Positions 54,501-64,000 of a DNA stretch of 64,000 nucleotides are shown here, one piece after another (the first letter of the stretch is position 1; every line of letters begins with the position of its first letter). A model generated the notes under the pieces. That model was not told the origin of the DNA, ran no database searches, and saw only the letters and a program-made list of their open reading frames with translations. The position numbers and the translations under genes were made by a program. Source of the stretch: Antedon mediterranea (Eukaryota > Animalia > Echinodermata); assembly GCF_964355755.1 (NCBI RefSeq), contig NC_092677.1, positions 4,610,101 through 4,674,100 on the forward strand. The letters run 5' to 3'.

Positions 54501-56030
54501 CAGTCAAGATGTACACCCTATAACAAGACAATTGATGCATTCAACATTCAACTCAACCAGTCAAGATGTATACCCTATAACAAGACAATTGATGTATTCA
54601 ACATTAATCTCATCCAGTCAAGATGTACAACCTATAACAAGACAATTGATGTATTCAATATTCAACTCATCCAGTCAAGATGTACACCCTATAACAAGAC
54701 AATTGGTGTATTCAATATTCAACTCATCCAGTCAAGATGTACACCCTATAACAAGACAATTGATGTATTCAACATTCAACTCATCCAGTCAAGATGTACA
54801 CCCTATAACAAGACAATTGATGTAGCCAACATTCATCTCATCCATTCAAGATGTACACCCTATAACAAGACAATTGATGTATTCAACATTCATCTCATCC
54901 AGTCAAGATGTACACCCCATAACAAGACAATTGATGTATTCAACATTCAACTCATCCAGTCAAATGTACACCCTATAACAAGACAATTGATGTATTCAAC
55001 ATTCAATTCGCCCAGTCAAGATGTACACCCTATAACAAGACAATTGATGTATTCAACATTCATCTCATCCAGTCAAGATGTACACCCTATAACAAGACAA
55101 TTGATGTATTCAACATTCAACTCATCCAGTCAAGATGTACACCCTATAACAAGACAATCAACATTCATCTCATCCAGTCAAGATGTAAACCCTATAACAA
55201 GACAATTGATGTATTCAACATTCAACTCGCCCAGTCAAGATGTACACACTATAACAAGACAATTGATGTATTCAACATTCATCTCATCCAGTCAAGATGT
55301 ACACCCTATAACAAGACAATTGATGTATTCAACATTCATCTCATCCAGTCAAGATGTACACCCTATAACAAGACAATTGATGTATTCAACATTCATCTCA
55401 TCCAGTCAAGATGTAAACCCTATAACGAGACAATTGATGTATTCAACATTCAACTCGCCCAGTCAAGATGTACACCCTATAACAAGACAATTGATGTATT
55501 CAACATTCATCTCATCCAGTCAAGATGTACACCCTATAACAAGACAATTGATGTATTCAACATTCAACTCATCCAGTCAAGATATACACCCTATAACAAG
55601 ACAATTGATATATTCAACATTCAACTCATCCAGTCAAGATGTACACCCTATAACAAGACAATTGATGTATTCAACATTCAACTCATCCAGTCAAGATGTA
55701 CACCCTATAACAAGACAATTGATGTAGCCAACATTCATCTCATCCAGTCAGATGTACACCCTATAAGAAGACAATTGATGTATTCAACATTCAACTCATC
55801 CAGTCAAGATGTACACCCTATAACAAGACAATTGATGTATTCAACATTCAACTCATCCAGTCAAGATGTACACCCTATAACAAGACAATTGATGTAGCCA
55901 ACATTCATCTCATCCAGTCAAGATGTACACCCTATAACAAGACAATTGATCTTGAAAGAATTTCATTTAGCTTCGATTTTGTATAGATGACAAATTTCGT
56001 TTTTGTAAAAGCACAAGTTAACGGAGTACT

Positions 56031-56076
56031 TACTCGAACGTTTCGATCTCTATCAGAGATCCTTCTCAACTGACTG
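56031..56076 (-). ncRNA. Minimal hammerhead ribozyme-like motif in the 3' pLTR (element sense strand)
   Basis: Exact reverse complement of 56465-56510. Confidence 0.6.
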
Positions 56077-56194
56077 CGGAGTGTTAATGCAGCTTGGTCA
56101 TTCTTGACGTCATCTGTTGATGACGTTGTACGCCTCCGGTTGTAGGTTGGAGGTTGTGCGGGGCTCGGCCAGGTGATGTGTCTATCAAATCATT

Positions 56195-56458
56195 CTACAA
56201 ATGCGAGAGTTCGTGGGCTCCAGTGTCCCGGTTCATGGTCTTCTCTTTATTTCTCCTTATATGTAATGATTCTCTAATCTGTCTGTCTTTGCGTTTAGGC
56301 TCTTTGGTTAAGATGGTAGCCTCCCAGTTCGGTACATGATTGTGTTTTATGACATGTTCTGTAATGGCAGATTTGTGTATGATCGAAGATGTGGATGTTC
56401 TGGAGGCCCTAGTCATTACTCCCCCCGTGTTTGTTGTAACATCTTTTTTGTGATCATT
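56195..56458 (-). pseudogene. C-terminal fragment of a Penelope GIY-YIG endonuclease
   Basis: NDHKKDV...HKSAITEHVIKHNHVPNWEATILTKEPKRKDRQIRESLHIRRNKEKTMNRDTGAHELSHL* fits the PLE pattern EH...SA..EH....H...W...IL..E....R...E...I.....NRD.G. Confidence 0.85.
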
Positions 56459-56464
56459 GATCCG

Positions 56465-56510
56465 CAGTCAGTTGAGAAGGATCTCTGATAGAGATCGAAA
56501 CGTTCGAGTA
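56465..56510 (+). ncRNA. Minimal hammerhead ribozyme-like motif (U3-A8 variant) in the inverted pLTR
   Basis: UUGAGAA-G-[GAUCUCU gau AGAGAUC]-GAAACGUUC; perfect 7-bp stem II, palindromic stem III, weak stem I. Confidence 0.6.
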
Positions 56511-59500
56511 AGTACTCCGTTAACTTGTGCTTTTACAAAAACGAAATTTGTCATCAAGACAATTGATGTATTCAACATTCATCTCATCCAGTCAAGATGT
56601 ACACCCCATAACAAGACAATTGATGTATTCAACATTCAACTCATCCAGTCAAATGTACACCCTATAACAAGACAATTGATGTATTCAACATTCATCTCAT
56701 CCAGTCAAGATGTACACCCTATAACAAGACAATTGACGCATTCAACATTCATCTCATCCAGTCAAGATGTACACCCCATAACAAGACAATTGATGTATTC
56801 AACATTCAACTCATCCAGTCAAGATGTACACCCTATAACAAGACAATTGATGCATTCAACATTCATCTCATCCAGTCAAGATGTACACCCCATAACAAGA
56901 CAATTGATGTATTCAACATTCAACTCATCCAGTCAAGATGTACACCCCATAACAAGACAATTGATGTATTCAACATTCATCTCATCCAGTCAAGATGTAC
57001 ACCCTATAACAAGACAATTGATGCATTCAACATTCAACTCAACCAGTCAAGATGTACACCCTATAACAAGACAATTGATGCATTCAACATTCATCACATC
57101 CAGTCAAGATGTATACCCTATAACAAGACAATTGATGTATTCAACATTAATCTCATCCAGTCAAGATGTACAACCTATAACAAGACAATTGATGTATTCA
57201 ATATTCAACTCATCCTGTCAAGATGTACACCCTATAACAAGACAATTGATGTATTCAATATTCAACTCAACCAGTCAAGATGTACACCCTATAACAAGAC
57301 AATTGATGCATTCAACATTCATCACATCCAGTCAAGATGTATACCCTATAACAAGACAATTGATGTATTCAACATTAATCTCATCCAGTCAAGATGTACA
57401 ACCTATAACAAGACAATTGATGTATTCAACATTCATCTCATCCAGTAAAGATGTACACCCTATAACAAGACAATTGATGTATTCAACATTCATTTCATCC
57501 AGTCAAGATGTAAACCGTATAACAAGACAATTGATGTATTCAACATTCAATTCGCCCAGTCAAGATGTACACCCTATAACAAGACAATTGATGTATTCAA
57601 CATTCATCTCATCCAGTCAAGATGTACACCCTATAACAAGACAATTGATGTATTCAACATTCATCTCATCCAGTAAGGATTTACACCCTATAACAAGACA
57701 ATTGATGTATTCAACATTCATTTCATCCAGTCAAGATGTAAACCCTATAACAAGACAATTGATGTATTCAACATTCAATTCGCCCAGTCAAGATGTACAC
57801 CCTATAACAAGACAATTGATGTATTCAACATTCATCTCATCCAGTCAAGATGTACACCCTATAACAAGACAATTGATGTATTCAACATTCAACTCATCCA
57901 GTCAAGATGTACACCCTATAACAAGACAATCAACATTCATCTCATCCAGTCAAGATGTAAACCCTATAACAAGACAATTGATGTATTCAACATTCAACTC
58001 GCCCAGTCAAGATGTACACACTATAACAAGACAATTGATGTATTCAACATTCATCTCATCCAGTCAAGATGTACACCCTATAACAAGACAATTGATGTAT
58101 TCAACATTCATCTCATCCAGTCAAGATGTACACCCTATAACAAGACAATTGATGTATTCAACATTCATCTCATCCAGTCAAGATGTAAACCCTATAACGA
58201 GACAATTGATGTATTCAACATTCAACTCGCCCAGTCAAGATGTACACCCTATAACAAGACAATTGATGTATTCAACATTCATCTCATCCAGTCAAGATGT
58301 ACACCCTATAACAAGACAATTGATGTATTCAACATTCAACTCATCCAGTCAAGATGTACACCCTATAACAAGACAATTGATATATTCAACATTCAACTCA
58401 TCCAGTCAAGATGTACACCCTATAACAAGACAATTGATGTATTCAACATTCAACTCATCCAGTCAAGATGTACACCCTATAACAAGACAATTGATGTAGC
58501 CAACATTCATCTCATCCAGTCAGATGTACACCCTATAAGAAGACAATTGATGTATTCAACATTCAACTCATCCAGTCAAGATGTACACCCTATAACAAGA
58601 CAATTGATGTATTCAACATTCAACTCATCCAGTCAAGATGTACACCCTATAACAAGACAATTGATGTAGCCAACATTCATCTCATTCAGTCAAGATGTAC
58701 ACCCTATAACAAGACAATTGATGTATTCAACATTCATCTCATCCAGTCAAGATGTACACCCCATAACAAGACAATTGATGTATTCAACATTCAACTCATC
58801 CAGTCAAATGTACACCCTATAACAAGACAATTGATGTATTCAACATTCATCTCATCCAGTCAAGATGTACACCCTATAACAAGACAATTGATGTATTCAA
58901 CATTCAACTCATCCAGTCAAGATGTACACCCCATAACAAGACAATTGATGCATTCAACATTCATCTCAACCAGTCAAGATGTACACCCTACAACAAGACA
59001 ATTGATGCATTCAACATTCATCTCATCCAGTCAAGATGTACACCCTATAACAAGAAAATTGACGCATTCAACATTCATCTCATCCAGTCAAGATGTACAC
59101 CCCATAACAAGACAATTGATGTATTCAACATTCAACTCATCCAGTCAAATGTATACCCTATAACAAGACAATTGATGTATTCAACATTCATCTCATCCAG
59201 TCAAGATGTACACCCTATAACAAGACAATTGATGTATTCAACATTCAACTCATCCAGTCAAGATGTACACACTATAACAAGACAATTGATGTATTCAACA
59301 TTCAACTCATCCAGTCAAGATGTACACCCTATAACAAGACAATTGATGTATTCAACATTCAACTCATCCAGTCAAGATGTACACCCTATAACAAGACAAT
59401 TGATGTAATCAACATTCAACTCATCCAGTCAAGATGTACACCCTATAACAAGACAATTGATGTAATCAACATTCAACTCATCCAGTCAAGATGTACACCC

Positions 59501-62500
59501 TATAACAAGACAATTGATGTATTCAATATTCAACTCATCCAGTCAAGATGTACACCCTATAACAAGACAATTGATGTATTCAATATTCAACTCAACCAGT
59601 CAAGATGTACACCCTATAACAAGACAATTGATGCATTCAACATTCATCACATCCAGTCAAGATGTATACCCTATAACAAGACAATTGATGTATTCAACAT
59701 TAATCTCATCCAGTCAAGATGTACAACCTATAACAAGACAATTGATGTATTCAACATTCATCTCATCCAGTAAAGATGTACACCCTATAACAAGACAATT
59801 GATGTATTCAACATTCATTTCATCCAGTCAAGATGTAAACCCTATAACAAGACAATTGATGTATTCAACATTCAACTCATCCAGTCAAGATGTACACCCT
59901 ATAACAAGACAATTGATGTAATCAACATTCAACTCATCCAGTCAAGATGTACACCCTATAACAAGACAATTGATGTATTCAATATTCAACTCATCCAGTC
60001 AAGATGTACACCCTATAACAAGACAATTGATGTATTCAATATTCAACTCAACCAGTCAAGATGTACACCCTATAACAAGACAATTGATGCATTCAACATT
60101 CATCACATCCAGTCAAGATGTATACCCTATAACAAGACAATTGATGTATTCAACATTAATCTCATCCAGTCAAGATGTACAACCTATAACAAGACAATTG
60201 ATGTATTCAACATTCATCTCATCCAGTAGAGATGTACACCCTATAACAAGACAATTAATGTATTCAACATCCATTTCATCCAGTCAAGATGTAAACCCTA
60301 TAACAAGACAATTGATGTATTCAACATTCAATTCGCCCAGTCAAGATGTACACCCTATAACAAGACAATTGATGTATTCAACATTCATCTTATCCAGTCA
60401 AGATGTACACCCTATAACAAGACAATTGATGTATTCAACATTCATCTCATCCAGTAAAGATGTACACCCTATAAGAAGACAATTGATGTATTCAACATTC
60501 ATTTCATCCAGTCAAGATGTAAACCCTATAACAAGACAATTGATGTATTCAACATTCAATTCGCCCAGTCAAGATGTACACCCTATAACAAGACAATTGA
60601 TGTATTCAACATTCATCTCATCCAGTCAAGATGTAAACCCTATAACAAGACAATTGATGTATTCAACATTCAACTCGCCCAGTCAAGATGTACACCCTAT
60701 AACAAGACAATTGATGTATTCAACATTCATCTCATCCAGTCAAGATGTACACACTATAACAAGACAATTGATGTATTCAACATTCATCTCATCCAGTCAA
60801 GATGTACACCCTATAACAAGACAATTGATGTATTCAACATTCATCTCATCCAGTCAAGATGTAAACCCTATAACGAGACAATTGATGTATTCAACATTCG
60901 ACTCGCCCAGTCAAGATGTACACCCTATAACAAGGCAATTGATGTATTCAACATTCATCTCATCCAGTCAAGATGTACACCCTATAACAAGACAATTGAT
61001 GTATTCAACATTCAACTCATCCAGTCAAGATGTACACCCTATAACAAGACAATTGATGTATTCAACATTCAACTCATCCAGTCAAGATGTACACCCTATA
61101 ACAAGACAATTGATGTATTCAACATTCAACTCGACCAGTCAAGATGTACACCCTATAACAAGACAATTGATGTAGCCAACATTCATCTCATCCAGTCAAG
61201 ATGTACACCCTATAACAAGACAATTGATGTATTCAACATTCAACTCATCCAGTCAAGATGTACACCCTATAACAAGACAATTGATGTATTCAACATTCAA
61301 CTCATCCAGTCAAGATGTACACCCTATAACAAGACAATTGATGTATTCAACATTCAACTCGACCAGTCAAGATGTACACCCTATAACAAGACAATTGATG
61401 TAGCCAACATTCATCTCATCCAGTCAAGATGTACACCCTATAACAAGACAATTTATGTAGCCAACATTCAACTCATCCAGTCAAGATGCTCGCCCTATAA
61501 CAAGACAATTAATGTAGCCAACATTCAACTCATCCAGTCAAGATGTACACCCTATAACAAGACAATTGATGTATTCAACATTCATCTCATCCAGTCAAGA
61601 TGTACACCCTATAACAAGACAATTGATGTATTGAACATTCAACTCATCCAGTCAAGATTACAACCTATAACAAGACAATTGATGTATTCAACATTCATCT
61701 CATCCAGTGAATTTGTACACCCTATAACAAGACAATTGATGTATTCAATATTCAACTCATCCAGTCAAGATGTACACCCTATAACAAGACAATTGATGTA
61801 TTCAACATTCAACTCATCCAGTCAAGATGTACACCCTATAACAAGACAATTGATGTATTCAACATTCATCTCATCCAGTCAAGATGTACACCCTATAACA
61901 AGACAATTGATGTATTCAACATTCAACTCATCCAGTCAAGATGTACACCCTATAACAAGACAATTGATGTATTCAACATTCAACTCATCCAGTCAAGATG
62001 TACACCCTATAACAAGACAATTGATGTAGCCAACATTCATCTCATCCAGTCAGATGTACACCCTATAAGAAGACAATTGATGTATTCAACATTCAACTCA
62101 TCCAGTCAAGATGTACACCCTATAACAAGACAATTGATGTATTCAACATTCAACTCATCCAGTCAAGATGTACACCCTATAACAAGACAATTGATGTAGC
62201 CAACATTCATCTCATCCATTCAAGATGTACACCCTATAACAAGACAATTGATGTATTCAACATTCATCTCATCCAGTCAAGATGTACACCCCATAACAAG
62301 ACAATTGATGTATTCAACATTCAACTCATCTAGTCAAATGTACACCCTATAACAAGACAATTGATGTATTCAACATTCATCTCATCCAGTCAAGATGTAC
62401 ACCCTATAACAAGACAATTTATGTATTCAACATTCAACTCATCCAGTCAAGATGTACACCCCATAACAAGACAATTGATGCATTCAACATTCATCTCAAC

Positions 62501-64000
62501 CAGTCAAGATGTACACACTATAACAAGACAATTGATGCATTCAACATTCATCTCATCCAATCAAGATGTACACCCTATAACATGACAATTGACGCATTCA
62601 ACATTCATCTCATCCAGTCAAGATGTACACCCCATAACAAGACAATTGATGTATTCAACATTCAACTCATCCAGTCAAGATGTACACCCTATAACAAGAC
62701 AATTGATGTATTCAACATTCAACTCATCCAGTCAAGATGTACACCCTATAACAAGACAATTGATGCATTCAACATTCATCTCATCCAGTCAAGATGTACA
62801 CCCCATAACAAGACAATTGATGTATTCAACATTCAACTCATCCAGTCAGGATGTACACCCCATAACAAGACAATTGATGTATTCAACATTCATCTCGTCC
62901 AGTCAAGATGTACACCCTATAACAAGACAATTGATGCATTCAACATTCAACTCAACCAGTCAAGATGTATACCCTATAACAAGACAATTGATGTATTCAA
63001 CATTAATCTCATCCAGTCAAGATGTACAACCTATAACAAGACAATTGATGTATTCAATATTCAACTCATCCAGTCAAGATGTACACCCTATAACAAGACA
63101 ATTGGTGTATTCAATATTCAACTCATCCAGTCAAGATGTACACCCTATAACAAGACAATTGATGTATTCAATATTCAACTCATCCAGTCAAGATGTACAC
63201 CCTATAACAAGACAATTGATGTATTCAACATTCAACTCATCCAGTCAAGATGTACACCCTATAACAAGACAATTGATGTAGCCAACATTCATCTCATCCA
63301 TTCAAGATGTACACCCCATAACAAGACAATTGATGTATTCAACATTCAACTCATCCAGTCAAATGTACACCCTATAACAAGACAATTGATGTATTCAACA
63401 TTCATCTCATCCAGTCAAGATGTACACCCTATAACAAGACAATTGATGTATTCAACATTCAACTCATCCAGTCAAGATGTACACCCCAAAACAAGACAAT
63501 TGATGCATTCAACATTCATCTCAACCAGTCAAGATGTACACACTATAACAAGACAATTGATGCATTCAACATTCATCTCATCCAGTCAAGATGTACACCC
63601 TATAACATGACAATTGACGCATTCAACATTCATCTCATCCAGTCAAGATGTACACCCCATAACAAGACAATTGATGTATTCAACATTCAACTCATCCAGT
63701 CAAGATGTACACCCTATAACAAGACAATTGATGCATTCAACATTCATCTCATCCAGTCAAGATGTACACCCCATAACAAGACAATTGATGTATTCAACAT
63801 TCAACTCATCCAGTCAGGATGTACACCCCATAACAAGACAATTGATGTATTCAACATTCATCTCATCCAGTCAAGATGTACACCCTATAACAAGACAATT
63901 GATGCATTCAACATTCAACTCAACCAGTCAAGATGTACACCCTATAACAAGACAATTGATGCATTCAACATTCATCACATCCAGTCAAGATGTATACCCT

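Larger units (their letters stand above)
55951..56554 (-). mobile_element. 5'-truncated Penelope-like retroelement with inverted pLTR
   Basis: TSD (c)aagacaattgat at 55938-55950 and 56555-56567; perfect 95-bp inverted repeat 55986-56080 / 56461-56555; encloses a GIY-YIG C-terminal coding fragment. Confidence 0.9.
33677..64000. repeat. 57-bp satellite array, about 520 monomers, running off the window; consensus tgatgtattcaacattca(a/t)ctcatccagtcaagatgtacaccctataacaagacaat
   Basis: Continuous 57-bp periodicity, typically 0-3 differences per monomer, higher-order blocks at offsets 1081, 2098, 4206, 7384/8001 and 8923 bp. Confidence 0.99.

Noticed and set aside
55986-56555. DNA transposon or MITE interpretation of the 95-bp inverted repeat
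   Set aside because: The repeat is not terminal on the left (35-bp extension), the TSD is long, and the interior encodes a Penelope endonuclease fragment
56457-58499. 680-aa ORF with a unique N-terminus
   Set aside because: Chance read-through from the inverted pLTR into satellite sequence, starting at TTG
33670-63610. Dozens of long + strand ORFs (up to 680 aa) of repeated MYSTFISSSQDVHPITRQL or IDVFNIQLIQSRCTPYNKT
   Set aside because: The 57-bp unit is divisible by 3 and stop-free in two frames. Stop (tag, taa) and 1-bp deletion variants are propagated throughout and the ORFs switch frames, so there is no sign of coding constraint.
33677-64000. CRISPR-like array
   Set aside because: Head-to-tail monomers with no unique spacers, eukaryotic context and no cas genes

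Overview
AT-rich eukaryotic (animal, probably invertebrate) genomic DNA in two halves. Positions 585-24554 hold a complete + strand PHLDB/LL5-family gene (FHA, coiled coil, C-terminal PH domain). I assembled it by hand from 14 phase-compatible GT-AG exons (3894 nt, 1297 aa), plus a candidate 33-nt cassette microexon and a candidate alternative first exon that would remove most of the FHA domain. Its introns and flanks carry many MITEs (two Harbinger-like families, one piggyBac-like element), SINE remnants and minisatellites. A second promoter-like region and short first exon lie at about 29.8-29.95 kb, followed by a 24-nt microexon, small tandem arrays and a strong 3' splice site 8 nt before a homogeneous 57-bp satellite. 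The satellite runs from 33677 to the window end (about 520 monomers) with multi-kb higher-order repeats. It is interrupted once (55951-56554) by a young 5'-truncated Penelope-like retroelement with a 12-13 bp TSD, a perfect 95-bp inverted pLTR and two copies of a U3-A8 variant hammerhead-like motif. The many long ORFs in the satellite are artefacts of a 57-bp unit. All coordinates were counted by eye; no searches were run.
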